Source: Octopus sinensis
Taxonomy: Eukaryota
Direction of reading: 5' to 3'
DNA: 64,000 bases
Assembly (NCBI RefSeq): GCF_006345805.1
Contig: NC_042999.1
Coordinates: 372,001-436,000, forward strand
In this document: positions 1 through 12,625 of the stretch, in pieces
Position numbering within the stretch: the first letter of the stretch is position 1
How the letters are laid out: each line of letters opens with the position of its first letter
The notes under the pieces: generated by a model
The model's database searches: none
What the model was told of the DNA's origin: nothing
What the model saw: the letters and a program-made list of their open reading frames with translations, nothing else
Position numbers and translations under genes: made by a program

Positions 1-109
1 TCATGTTGTATGTTTCGTTTCTCTGTTTTTTTCGTTGTTCGAAAAAAGTTCGTTTCTATGTTCTTGTTTTACGTTTTCGCTTCTCATTGTATTCAACGTT
101 TTATTTATA

Positions 110-176
110 CATATATATGTAGGTATGTACATATATATATGTATATATGCATATATTTATATATTATTTATATTAT

Positions 177-269
<93 letters not shown>

Positions 270-290
270 TATATAATATATATATATAAT

Positions 291-356
<66 letters not shown>

Positions 357-362
357 TATACA
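110..362. repeat. (TA)n microsatellite tract
   Basis: Nearly pure TA dinucleotide run; source of the YIYI ORFs. Confidence 0.95.
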
Positions 363-1206
363 CACACATAATATCTATATTTGTGTTTGTGGGTGGGCGG
401 GAAGAAATGTAACATATACACAGACATATGCAGTATGTATTGTAATCATTTGTGTTGAGTTTCTATTTTAGAGGCTTCCGCCATTTTTCTTTTTTTTTTT
501 TTGTTTTGCCTTTCGATTGGTAGCTAGTGTGAAACACATATTAGCTATGGCTTAGCTTGGCTAAGATCACCAGCATTGTCCAATCAAAATCCATTGTTTC
601 CCCCCGAAAGAAAACACATACTATCTTCGTAGAACATAATGTCAAGTGATTTCACAGAGGATCAAACGGCAGCTGCAAATAACGTATAAAAATACAATGT
701 TTTCTAAAGATACACTTGTTTCTCTTTATGGGATGGGTCGCGTATTATCGTCGATCGTTGAATGTTTTCAGTAGCATTAGTCTTGAGAAACATGCTCGGA
801 TATTATATTGACACATTCAATACACATGAATCCCGGACTGTCTGATAATACTTTCTGTTCGACTTCTTACAGATAACCACAGCGTGATGCATTTGAATAA
901 AAAGAAAAAAAAAAAGCAAAGATGAAAAAAATAGGAAAAGAATGCCATTTGAAGAAAACGAAAAGATTATTTCTGTAGAAATATTTTCATTAACAGTTTG
1001 GTGTTTTCCCAATAAACACTATATTGAAAAATCGATTCTATTGGCTTTTTGTACTTTTTAGACTCAATATTATCAGGAGATGTGATTATGTGCGTCTGTA
1101 TGCGTGAATGAACTTAGACTGATATCTATAAAAGTACACAATACACGGAAACAACACATACTTCACACGTGTGTATAACAGTTATGTATGTGTGTGTGTA
1201 TGCTAT

Positions 1207-1257
<51 letters not shown>

Positions 1258-1262
1258 ATGTG

Positions 1263-1293
<31 letters not shown>

Positions 1294-1348
1294 GTCTATA
1301 TATAATACATACCGAGTATGTAGTATATATATACATATATGTATACAT

Positions 1349-1781
1349 GTTCTTTTATTCTTTTACTTGTTTCACTCATTTGACTGCGGCCATGCTGAAG
1401 CACCGCCTTTTAGTCTAACAAATCGAGCGTAAGCCTAGTACTTATCTCATCGGTCTATTTTGCCGACCCGCTAAGTGACGGGGGCCGTAAACACACCAAT
1501 ATCGGTTGTCAAGCGATGGTGACAAACACAGACACAAATAGCAAACACGCACATACATAGACGTATATGGATTCGTTAGACGGAAACCGAAAGAAGCCCG
1601 TTGTATATATATATATATACGACGTGCTTCTTTCAGTTTCCATCTACCGAATCCACCCACAAGGCTTTGGTCGGCTCGAGGCTTTAGTAGATGACACTTG
1701 CCAAGGTTTCATAGAGTGGGACTGAACCCGAAACCATGCGCTTGGGAAGCAAGCATCTTACCACACAGCCACTCCTGCGCC
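1349..1781 (-). mobile_element. tRNA-derived SINE family A, full length
   Basis: Minus strand reads GGCGCAGGAGTGGCTGTGTGGTAAG...GGTTCAGTCCC (A/B-box-like), then CCTTGGCAAGTG (CORE-like), a (TA)/(TG) middle and an AGTAAAAG tail; more than 10 homologous copies in the window. Confidence 0.85.
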
Positions 1782-1787
1782 TTATAT

Positions 1788-1823
<36 letters not shown>

Positions 1824-2840
1824 CATACGTATACATAAATATATATGTATATACACATACATACATTCATACATACACACACACACACACACAGACGTAT
1901 TCGTCTATAGATATAAAGGTCTATACACTGATACACACGCACATTCACGCACGCCCCAAATCATACACGTGTATGTCTAAATGTATATAAATGTGTTCGT
2001 GTGTGCCTGTGTGTCTGCGAGTGCATGTGACGATGTCAAACCTTAACACTTGCTTTTCTTTTGCTATATCCTGTTGCTTCATGTATTTAATATCTTCTTC
2101 GATATTGAACAATGTCGTCGTCCAAGCTGTGCAGCATTCCAATAAAGATTTGTTGCTGTTGTTGTTGTTGTTTTTTATCAGTAACCACAGCCAGAGTAAA
2201 CGTGTATTATCTCAGGATTACAGTGGTGTTTATTGAAATAAATAACACTCTTGCTGTTCGTCGTTGTAAAGAAAAGAAAATAATCGACTCCTCACGTGGA
2301 AGTAATCACTTCGATGAGGAAAGTTCTATCCGGCAAGTTACATAGCAATATAAAGGGGGATTTCTAGCGTTATGCCTTTCGATCAGGCTTTGGTCTTAAA
2401 CAATCGATGAATTGAAAAAGCTATTTTGGAATTGTTAGGCATTTAGAAATCACGAGGAACTGCATCAACGAATTATTTTTTGGTATTGTTATTTTAAGGA
2501 TGTCATGTGACTCTCGAATTGAGGGATTTTGAATAGCGAAACAAATACCAGGAAATGGGTTCCCTAACTGAATTACTGGATTCATTAGAAAATTTGGAAA
2601 GTCGTTGAAGAAAACCCAGGTAGAAGCTTAAACTTTAAATGTGAAAATCTCAAATTCTATAAATATAAAATTCGTTTCACCATTCAGCGAAAATAATTAC
2701 ATAATAACATGAATCTTCCGTTAAAAAGGAAGCGGAAATACGCTGCTAAAATACTGCATGCATCTACCATCGACTATCCGAAAATAATTTTTAAAACTTA
2801 TCCCAATCATACGACGTGCGTTCAAAAAGTATCCAGCTTT

Positions 2841-3259
2841 ATCTATTTCTTTACTACCCACAAGGGGCTAAACACAGAGGGGACAAACAAGGACAGACAA
2901 ACGGATTAAGTCGATTACATCGACCCCAGTGCGTAACTGGTACTTATTTAATCGACCCCGAAAGGATGAAAGATAAAGACGACCTCGGCGGAATTTGAAC
3001 TCAGAACGTAGCGGCAGACGAAATACCTATATCTTTACTACCCACAAGGGGCTAAACACAGAGAGGACAAACAAGGACAGACAAACGGATTAAGTTGATT
3101 ACATCTACCCCAGTACGTAACTGGTACTTATTTAATCGACCCCGAAAGGATGAAAGGCAAAGTCGACCTCGGCGGAATTTGAACTGAGAACGTAACGGCA
3201 GACGAAATACCACTCAGCATTTCGCCCGGCGTACTAAGGTGTCTGCCAGCTCGCCGCCT
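2841..3259 (-). mobile_element. tRNA-derived SINE family B, head plus two tandem body units
   Basis: Minus strand GGCGGCGAGCTGGCAGA...GTTCAAATTCCGCCGAGGTCGACTTTGCCTTTCATCCTTTCGGGGTCGAT; body repeated at ~180 bp spacing. Confidence 0.85.
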
Positions 3260-3574
3260 TAATCTTTTCCCGACAAAACTAAAGCTACGTGAGCAAACTC
3301 CTTGGAATGGATGGGGACGCCACTCTTTTTGCAAATGCCAAAATATTTTCGTGTCGGTAGGCCACGGCGCATCCTGTTTGTTATACCTAGAGTACTGAAT
3401 CTTCTGGATGTTCGGGCCTGCGTATTACAAAGTTTTTGAGCAAAACGTGCTGCAATAGTATTTACCCTGCTGGTATAAAGGTTATGTCCTTTAAGTATTA
3501 TTTCGGGATTCCCGTACTGGGGTCGATCGGGTCGATTGGGCCTTGTGTCTAGAGCAGAAATAATTATTTTAAGT

Positions 3575-3962
3575 CGGCGAGCTGGCCGGAAAGTTAGCAT
3601 GCCGGGCAAAATGCTTAGCTGCATTTCGTCTGTCTTTACGTTCTGAATTCAAATTTCGCCGAGGTCGACTTTGCCCTTCATCCTTTCGGGGTCGATAAAT
3701 TAAGTAACAGTTACTGGGGTCGATGTAATCGACTTAATCCGTTTGTCTATCCTTGTTTGTCCTCTCTGTGTTTAGCCCCTTGTGATACTAAAGAAATAGG
3801 TATTTCGTCTGCCGTTACGTTCTGAGTTCAAATTTCGCCGAGGTCGACTTTGTCTTTCATCCTTTCGGGGTCGATAAATTAAGTACCAGTTGCGTACTAG
3901 GTTCGATGTAATCGACTGGCCCCCTTCTCCCAAAATTTCGGGCCTTGTGCCTCGAGTAGAAA
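3575..3962 (+). mobile_element. SINE family B, dimeric
   Basis: Same consensus as 2841-3259 in the opposite orientation. Confidence 0.85.
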
Positions 3963-4499
3963 AAAATATTTCTCTTTTTTACTTTGTGTTGCATTCTGTT
4001 CTCTTGCCCTGGTCAAGAATTGCCATCAAAGTGTTAGTTTCTGGGATAAAAACATTTACAAATTCGAGATTCGTCACTTTTATTAACATTAGATAGGTTT
4101 TTACTATTAAATTGGTTATGAAAAGACACGCAAATTTTATAAAAATGTGGCTGTTTCGAAGAATCTTGGACATGCATATCCTCTTCGAGAAATTATGGAA
4201 TTCCATAACAAAGTATTTAGATTAAACATGAAAACTTCGGACTTGCAACAGCCTTATGAGGTCGCGAATGGCGACAAACGGACTTTAACAATCCTAGCTC
4301 ACTGACTGATTGGCTGAACGATTAATTAAACACTCGGTTAATTAATTGGTTAAATATCAAATAAATGAGAAGTAAAATTAAAGAAGTGAAAGAGAGCCAG
4401 CGCAAGGGTTTATTATTGGCGTAATGGTCCTCCTAAGAGGTAACGTATGTTTCAAGAGAGGAGTTTACAGCAAGAATCCTGAAAACCAAATGGAGGAAA

Positions 4500-4830
4500 C
4501 CCCCTCCGGTCATGACTGACCATGGGATTGCACCTAGAAAGTTACCCTCCGAGGCACAAGTCCGGGCAAGGTTGTTTGTGGAAGGCCAGCAGTCGCCCAT
4601 GCATACCAGCCTCCTCTCCCCACGCCACCGATGTTATCTAAGGGAAAGACGGAGACCGATACAGCTTGGCACCAGTGACGTCGCAACTCATTTCTACAGC
4701 TGAGTGGACTGGAGCAACGTGAAATAAAGTGTCTTGCTCAAGAACACAACACGCAGCCCGATCCGGGAATCGAACTCACAACCTAACGATCCTAATCTTG
4801 AGGCTGTAACCATTTAGCCATGCATCTTCC
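4500..4830 (-). mobile_element. tRNA-derived SINE, family D head with an alternative tail
   Basis: Minus strand has GTTCGATTCCC (B box) and TGTGTTCTTGAGCAAGACACTTTATTTCACGTTGCTCCAGTCCACTCAGCTG, shared with 29285-29539 and 39962-40219; the 3' part differs. Confidence 0.75.
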
Positions 4831-5422
4831 CAACAAACCAGTTACAAGAACGAATTATATCGAACTCTAATTCTCTTTCTCTTGCTAGAATCAATAGTCA
4901 TAGGTATATATTGATTTTGACCACGAAAAATCATGATTTCCCGTTGTAGAGAGTTGAGTCCATGTTGCTTTTGACTTCAGGCCTTGATAAGTCGAACGTC
5001 CACTTATACTGGAAAAAAGTTCAGAAAATTACTTGGTTGATAAATGGAGTACTTACTAATGCTAGATAATTCCCCGTTTAGCTCTCGGTAGGGAGTCTCT
5101 TAATCTGAAGTAATCTCTTTAAATACTAGACTCTTAATCTAAAGGTTCGTCATGAGAATTTACGACGTTGATGTTACTTTCAACGTTACTTCATTAAGCT
5201 TATGTCTCTGGAGCACCAAATTGAATCTTGTCTAAAACTGTCTAATTCAAGACCGGCATAATCCGAAAGGCTAATGACCTGACTTCGATGTAAATCCACC
5301 GTCTTAAATTGAGAAACTTGAGGAATGCTGAAGATTAAGATGGAACTAGAAAGTCGTATCACTGGCTGTTAACACCCGGTATCATAAGCCTGTGAATAAG
5401 CTGAGACGTTTACATATACTAA

Positions 5423-5567
5423 CATACATACATACATACATACATACATGCATCATACATACATACATACATACATACATACATACATACATACATACAT
5501 ACATACATACGACATAGTATATATATATATATATATTATATATATATATATATATATTATATATCTG

Positions 5568-5605
<38 letters not shown>
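5423..5605. repeat. (TACA)n followed by (TA)n microsatellites
   Basis: Direct reading of the sequence. Confidence 0.9.
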
Positions 5606-5607
<2 letters not shown>

Positions 5608-5976
5608 CAGAATCCATAGTGGACAGCACCGCTTATGTTAAGGATAAGAGTTATATTAATTCTAAAGCCATTACATCAGTAAATTAATGACCGACAATGG
5701 GAGGTAATTTTCCAAGCGGTGAAAGTGTAAACAACAAATTAAAAGTGTGGCTTATTAGTAACTAGAACCTAAAGACAAAATTCACCAAAATTCAAAATTA
5801 CGATACAGCTACGTACTCTAAGGACCTCCCTCCCTTTACTGCTTTAGTGGGTTTAGAATTAATCTAACTCTTATCTTTATCATAAGTGGTGCTGGTCAGC
5901 ACCCTCAGTCACTTTCGTGACCTCTACTAATTCTGACTTTATTGCTAACTGCTAATAAACCACTATTTTGATTTGT
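5606..5976. repeat. Short dispersed element with internal inverted repeats, flanked by (TA)n
   Basis: 5624-5673 is the inverted counterpart of ~5845-5894; a homologous segment lies at ~19680-19760. Confidence 0.6.
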
Positions 5977-6052
5977 TATATATATATATATAAACGGCGG
6001 TGCATCAGCTTGGCCGCAGCTCTGAGTTGAAAATAGAGAGAAAAAAAAATAC

Positions 6053-6484
6053 AAGAGTGGCTGTGTGGTAAGAAGCTTGCTTCCCTACCACATGGTTACG
6101 GGTTCAGTCCCACTGCGTTGCACCTTCTCTTCTACTATTGCCTCGGGCCGACCAAAGCCTTGTGAGGGGATTTAGTAGACGGAAAGTGAAAGAAGCCCAT
6201 CATATATGTGTATATATATATATATTATATATATATATGTGTTGTGTGTGTGTGTGTTGTATGTATGCATTTATTTGTCTGTGTGTGTGTCCCCACCATC
6301 ACTTGACAACCGACGCTGGTGTGTTCATATCATGTACCCATAAATTAGCGTTTCGGCAAAAGGGCCCGAAAGAATAAGTAGCAGGCTTACAAAAAATAAG
6401 TCCTGGCGTCGAGTCGTTCGAATAAAGACAGTGCTCCAGCATGGCTGCATTCAAATGACTGGAATTAGTAAAAAGGGAAAAGAA
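6053..6484 (+). mobile_element. SINE family A
   Basis: GTGGCTGTGTGGTAAGAAGCTTGC...GGTTCAGTCCCACTGCG...CAGCATGGCTGCATTCAAATGACTG. Confidence 0.85.
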
Positions 6485-6508
6485 TATATGCATGTATATA
6501 TATATACA

Positions 6509-6562
<54 letters not shown>

Positions 6563-6566
<4 letters not shown>

Positions 6567-6780
6567 GGAAAAGGTCAAGATAAGGATGCTAAAATAATTT
6601 TATAAAAAAAATTGCTGTACCGGTTTCAACCATTGAGACTCTTTCAACTGTAAGCATGGAAGACAATTACATTTAGAAAAGTTAAAAGAAAAATTTTTTT
6701 AAAGAATATTTGTATAGTGTTCATATACAAGTGGCATTTTCCTTGTATCTGCCTTTCTCTGTCTCTCTCTTGTTTACTCT
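6563..6780 (-). mobile_element. Short element with a degenerate hammerhead-like motif (homolog of 42960-43185)
   Basis: Reverse complement aligns with 42975-43185; contains TTGAAAG-AGTC TCAAT GGTT-GAAA-CCGG-TA at ~6614-6649. Confidence 0.6.
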
Positions 6781-6814
6781 TCTAGGTTCCAGGTCATTGT
6801 GAATTCTTGGTAGG

Positions 6815-6925
6815 GAAGAAGAAGAAGACGAAGAAGAAGAAGAAGAAGAAGAAGAAGAAGAAGAAGACGACGAAGGTGAAGAAGAAGAAGACGACGAAGG
6901 TGAAGAAGAAGAAGAAGAAAAAGAA
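6815..6925. repeat. (GAA)n trinucleotide repeat
   Basis: GAA run with GAC interruptions. Confidence 0.9.
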
Positions 6926-7141
6926 GATAGAGAAGGGAGAATTAGAAGGAATGTAGGTAGTGTGAAAGTAGTAAGGTGTTAAATGTTCAAATAACTTAAA
7001 ATTGGCTCATTATGGATTACAGCATTGGTTGGGACTGATTTTTTAGTGTATTCTTGGGAATCCCTTGAGTTTTTAATTTTTAATTTTTGCCTGTATATCT
7101 GTGTTATTCTAAGGCCGTGGTAGATATGTCGTTTGTATATT

Positions 7142-7174
<33 letters not shown>

Positions 7175-7177
<3 letters not shown>

Positions 7178-7452
7178 CGCTGGAGTGGATGTGTGGTAAG
7201 TAGCTTGCTTACAAACCACATGGTTCCGGGTTTAGTCCCATTGCGTAGCACCTTGGGCAAGTGTCTTCTACTCTAATCTCAGGCCGACCAAAGCCTTGTG
7301 AGTGGATTTGGTAGACGGAAACTGAAAGAATCCCGTCGTATATTATATATATATATATATATGTATGTATATGTATATATATGTTTGTACGTGTGTGTGT
7401 GTATTGTTGTATGTGTGTGTTTGTGTCCCCATTAACCTAGTGGTTCAGTAAA
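7175..7452 (+). mobile_element. SINE family A, 3'-truncated
   Basis: Head GGCGCTGGAGTGGATGTGTGGTAAG, CCTTGGGCAAGTG core. Confidence 0.8.
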
Positions 7453-7455
7453 AGA

Positions 7456-7847
7456 CTTTTACTCTTTTACTTGTTTCAGTCATTTTAACTGCGGCCATGC
7501 TGGAGCACCGCTTTTAGTCGAATAAATCGACCCCAGGACTTATTCTTTGTAAGCCTAGCACTTATTCTATCGGCGTCTTTTGCCATACCGCTAAGTTTTG
7601 GGGACGTAACACACCAACATCTGTTGTCAAGTATTGGAGGACGGGGGTGCAAACAGGGACCCATAAATACATACATGCACATACGACGGGCTTCCTTCAG
7701 TTTCCGTCTACCAAATCCAATCACAAGGCTTTGGTCGACCCGAGGCCATAGTAGAAGACATTTGCCCAAAGTACCACAGATTGAGACTGAACCCTGAACC
7801 ATGTGCTTGGGAAGCCAGCTTGTTACTACACAGCCACGCCTGCACCT
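7456..7847 (-). mobile_element. SINE family A, full length, tail-to-tail with the previous copy
   Basis: Family A consensus on the minus strand. Confidence 0.85.
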
Positions 7848-8321
7848 AAATATTCATTACTCTTTTTATAGATTCATGGAATATATGGTTTCAGAAATTT
7901 AATTCATTTGTCAGTCATAGACACACACAAACAGTCACTCACGTAAACGCTATATAATACTCACATGCCAACTCGTCATTGTGTTCCGCCATTTAGCTGC
8001 AGGCAGACGATATTCTGTTTCTATGATTTAATGTTGATATTATTTCTGAACTCACTGCGTGCCATATGGATTTAACTGGAATACCAATGGATATGTGTGC
8101 AACATCAGATTTGTAGCCATTAAAAATTATACGCGTCATTCGATGCATCAAAGTGTCATTATTATCATAGGCTGGATATTGGTTTTTAATATTTAATAAT
8201 CGATGTTAAGAGTTTTACTTTGAGAAGAAATAATTTATCTTTTCTACGCAGATGGCACGTCTTTATATACATACATCTATGTATGTATGTATGTATGTAT
8301 ATATATACACCCGTGTGCATG

Positions 8322-8359
<38 letters not shown>

Positions 8360-8419
8360 GTGATTTTGTTAAAGTTTTCAAATAAATTTATCAAACGCAA
8401 CGCACTTGTAATATATTAC

Positions 8420-8664
8420 CCTTATACATGTTTCGGCCATTTGACTGCGGTCAAGCGGTCAAGAGATGGCGAGGGGACAAACACAGACACACAAACATAT
8501 ACATAAATATATATATATATATATATTCAGAATAGGCTCACAAGGTTTTAGTCGGCCCGGGGCTATAGTAGAAGACACTTGCTCAAGCTTCCACAGAGTG
8601 GAACTGAACTCGGAACAATGTGCTTAGGAAGCAAGCTTCTTACCACACAGCCACTCCTGTGCCT
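8420..8664 (-). mobile_element. SINE family A, internally deleted
   Basis: Head, middle and tail fragments of the family A consensus. Confidence 0.7.
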
Positions 8665-9172
8665 ATTGTGTGACATCTGTTTTTGTCTCTTTCTCTTTCT
8701 TTGCCACTCTCTTGCCTTCACTCTACTCTCTTTCTCTCCCCGCCCCCTTATACGTTGCTTCTTCCTTCATTCCGACTTTCTATTTGTTCTTCTCTAGTCT
8801 CCAATCCTACCGGACATTTTCATTTTCCCTTGCGTTACCCCCGACGAACCCAACCTGCGGCCGCAAGGCTATTTTCATTGTACATGTATGCTTTATTTCA
8901 TTGTGTTTGTTGTCGGCGTTGTCCAGTGTTAGTTAGTCTCAGTGGCTTTTTTGTCACTGGCTGCATCAAGAGAAAACAATAACACCGTTAAAGGGGACGT
9001 TCGCTGATGAGAAATAGGCTACGAAATTTCTGTTTATTATGTTTTTGTAATATTTCCGTTTGTTGTGATTTCGTTAAATTACACACACCACACACACTCA
9101 CATACAATTATATAAGTTGTGCAACACACACAAAAATGTAAATATATATACATCTGTATGTGTCTTTACATT

Positions 9173-9203
<31 letters not shown>

Positions 9204-9302
9204 ATATATATAATATATAATATATATATATATATATAAAGGGCTTCCAAAGATACTCGGCACCATCAAAATATTTAAAGATTTTCTAAAAATTTATGGT
9301 AC

Positions 9303-9360
<58 letters not shown>

Positions 9361-9390
9361 ATATTATCTATCTATCGACGATAGATAGAT
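9303..9390. repeat. (TATC)n microsatellite
   Basis: Direct reading of the sequence. Confidence 0.9.
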
Positions 9391-9431
9391 AAATGGGGAC
9401 ACAAACACACCAGGATTGTCTGTCTATCGAT

Positions 9432-9545
9432 GGATCCTTGTTTGCACACCCCTCTTCCAACACTTGACAACAGATGTTGGTGTGTTACGTCCCCGAAAGC
9501 TAGCGGTATGGCAAAAGAGGCCGATAGAATAAGTAATAGGCTTAC
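9432..9545 (+). mobile_element. SINE family A 3' fragment abutting the RTE 3' end
   Basis: CTTGACAACAGATGTTGGTGTGTTACGTCCCC...GATAGAATAAGT. Confidence 0.7.
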
Positions 9546-10097
9546 ACGTCGTGTGTATGCACGCTCATGTCTGACAAGTTCGATACGGAAAAGGCAGGTC
9601 CGTGAGCAGTATCCACAGACGAAGGTAACATCCGGTGTAGTGTCAGAGGCGGCTCACGCCTTCCTCTTGCGTCTCTTGTCTTTAAGCGTGTCTCTTCTTT
9701 GTTCCTCAAACTTGCTGACTGCGTTGAAGATCGTGTGGCGCCAGACATCACGGTCCGCAGCCAGGTCTGACCAACATTGGTGGTCAATAGGGCATGCTGT
9801 CAGAGACTTCTTGAGGTAGCCTTTGTAACACTTCCTCGGAGCTCCTCTCAGACGGTGGCCGGTGAAGAGTTCGTCAAACAGGGCAATCTTAGGAAGGCGG
9901 TGATTTTCCATTCTGGAGACATGCCCTGCCCATTGGATGTGGTACTTCAGTAGCATGGCTTCAATGCTGGGGATCCCGGCCCGCTCCAAGACCTCAATGT
10001 TTGTGACGAAGTCACACCCGTCTATGTTGAGGATGGTGCGGAGACATCGCTGGTGGAAGTGTTCGAGGAGACGGATGTGACTGCGGTAAGTGATCAG
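9546..10097 (-). mobile_element. 5'-truncated RTE-clade (BovB-like) LINE: C-terminal ORF2 fragment, pseudogenised
   Basis: One frame reads ITYRSHIRLLEHFHQRCLRTILNI...VTNIEVLERAGIPSIEAMLLKYHIQWAGHVSRMENHRLPK...GHRLRGAPRKCYKGYLK...DRDVWR. After a premature stop at 9654 the same frame gives FVCGYCSRTCLFRIELVRHER (zinc-finger-like). Confidence 0.9.
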
Positions 10098-10166
10098 GTC
10101 TCTCTCTTTCTCTCTCTCTCTCTCCCCTATATATATATATATATTATAGTATATATATATATATTA

Positions 10167-10211
<45 letters not shown>

Positions 10212-10328
10212 ATATTGTATATATATGTATATATATATATATACATATATACCTATATATTTATATATACATGTATATACCCACGCACACACACACACCG
10301 TGCGCACACACACACACACGCGCGCGCG

Positions 10329-10362
<34 letters not shown>

Positions 10363-10369
10363 AATATAT

Positions 10370-10462
10370 TCGGTTTAAGTAATTGACGAGTACGAGCCAT
10401 CTATATTTACTGTATTTTTTGTAGCTTATTAAAGATGTCCTCGTACGAATCAATTGTACCGA
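10370..10462 (+). ncRNA. Degenerate type I hammerhead-like motif
   Basis: TTGACGA core, 7-bp stem II GTACGAG/CTCGTAC, GAAT in place of GAAA, palindromic CAATTG, GTA site; TCGG/CCGA stem I is displaced. Confidence 0.45.
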
Positions 10463-10741
10463 TATTTAAATCCATTCTTGTTGCTTTTTTTCCTATATAT
10501 ATAAATATATATCCTCCTTCTTTCTTTGCTTTCCTGAGTGTCCAATAACACTATACTTGTTCTACGTCTTCGCGTTGTGTGTTTTCTCTTTGTGTTTTCA
10601 TGTCTGGATTAACTATGTATATATATATATATAGCTATAACCTTTTTAGTAGAAGAAATAGCTATAACCCTTTGACTGCTATTTCTAAATTCGGTATGTG
10701 GTAAGGCAATTCGTTGCTAAACCCTATTGCTTAGTATTACT

Positions 10742-10809
<68 letters not shown>

Positions 10810-11799
10810 TATATATATATATGTATATATATCTATATATATATAATATATATATATAATATATATATATATATATGCATACATATTTGTGTGTGTACAG
10901 AGGAAGAGAAAGAGTAGCAAAGAGGAAAAATAAATGCATATTTATAGCGGGGAAAGGAATAGGTGAAAGAGAGCATATATGATATGTAACTATATAATAT
11001 AGATTAATATAGATCAATCTTTTTTACTGAAATAACGATTTTTTAAAAATATCAAACTGTTTGATGGGAGAAATACAAATGTATCTTTTGATGTAGGGCT
11101 TCCGGAAGAAGAAATATTACTGTTCTGTTTCAGTAAAACTCTAACGACCGCAGTTAACAGTTCACAAGATCAAGAATGAACGGTTTTACTCAAAGGCAAA
11201 CTAAACCCTCCTCTCCTTGTATTTGCTTCTTATATCTATCAAAACTTCTACGTCTTTCATGGCAGGAAAGAAAATTATAGTTCAGAACAAAGATGGAAAG
11301 GAAAAACTAAAACAAAAATACAAAATAAACTTGTAAATCATTGATTGTATCCATGCCTTGAGTGGTTGTTGGGTGTGTGTGTTTTCAATGTGTCTTGCAC
11401 TGAGCATGCTTCCGAGTTCACGTGGTTTTTGATGAAACAGATTTTCAACGACAGATAAACATGATAAATCGTTTTGTTTGAAACAGTCTCTGTTAAAGGG
11501 CGCTGTTAATTATAGTAAATAGGAGAGGGTGAGATGGTGCATGATATGCGTAAACATTCACACACGTGCATGCATATATGAATATACATACATGTTCATA
11601 TACAATATCTGCCCACTTAAATGAGCCATGATACCAGAAAACCCAACTTATAAACGACTTAACAGATACTATCATGTGGTGCTACTAAGGTAGATATGGC
11701 GTGGGTCAATTCGTGGTCAAACATAAGTTTATCTGAATTATATATATATACATATATACGTGTGAGTGTGTGCGTAAGTGTGTGTATGTATAGGTACAG

Positions 11800-11845
<46 letters not shown>

Positions 11846-11993
11846 ATGCGTGCGTGTGTGTGCGCGCATATATATGTGTGCATATATAAAGACATAATGA
11901 TGCAAATAAACACGCTTGGCTTTCATATATAAATTATACTGACATATAAACTTAAATATCTATAGAGATAGATATATATGCATGTATATATAA

Positions 11994-12035
<42 letters not shown>

Positions 12036-12036
12036 A

Positions 12037-12537
12037 AATGCAATACGAGAGTATTGCTTTCCAGTAAAGAATAGCCCGTGAGGGAAAATTATACATAAAA
12101 GCAAATAAATGGCACAACGAAGTACCGATATCTACTGGAAAATAGCGAACGTAATAAATACGACGCTAATGTATAGCTTCACTGCTTTTGTACTAGCAAA
12201 AATGCGTGTGTGCAACAAACTTGAAAAAAATTGTCTTACCTCCAGGGAGAACATCTGAAAGATGAAATACCTAGAAAGGGATAATGTGGTACCGGTTTCA
12301 GAATTTTCAAGATATGTCTGCCCACATATACTTGATTTATATTCATCAGCCAACATATACCTCGACAACATTTCAAATGTTGCCACATTCATGCCTATAC
12401 ACTCGACTGAACGCCAAAACGTTGACAGAACGAGAACAGTGAAGAAGTTTCAATAAAAATAGTAATGCAATACGAGAGTATTGCTTTCCAATAAAGAATA
12501 GCCCGTGAGGGAAAATTATACATAAAGGCAAATAAAT
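12037..12537. repeat. ~75-bp direct repeats flanking ~350 bp, between (TA)n and (GA)n
   Basis: AATGCAATACGAGAGTATTGCTTTCCA.TAAAGAATAGCCCGTGAGGGAAAATTATACATAAA.GCAAATAAAT at ~12037-12110 and ~12464-12537. Confidence 0.8.
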
Positions 12538-12543
12538 ATATAT

Positions 12544-12547
<4 letters not shown>

Positions 12548-12620
<73 letters not shown>
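12548..12620. repeat. (GA)n microsatellite
   Basis: Direct reading of the sequence. Confidence 0.95.

Positions 12621-12625
<5 letters not shown>

Noticed and set aside
1945-2200. Possible exon (LLECCTAWTTTLFNIEEDIKYMKQQ...)
   Set aside because: No recognisable domain or clear splice context.
2809-3500. mariner element split by a SINE B dimer (TACGACGTGCGTTCAAAAAGTATCC resembles a TIR)
   Set aside because: No partner TIR or transposase motif found.
9004-9032. CTGATGA...GAAA hammerhead core
   Set aside because: No convincing stems I, II or III; likely a chance match.
12262-12340. GIY-YIG-like peptide CGQTYLENSETGTTL on the minus strand
   Set aside because: Too short and mis-spaced; the ETGT part is equally explained by the GAAACCGGTA RNA motif.
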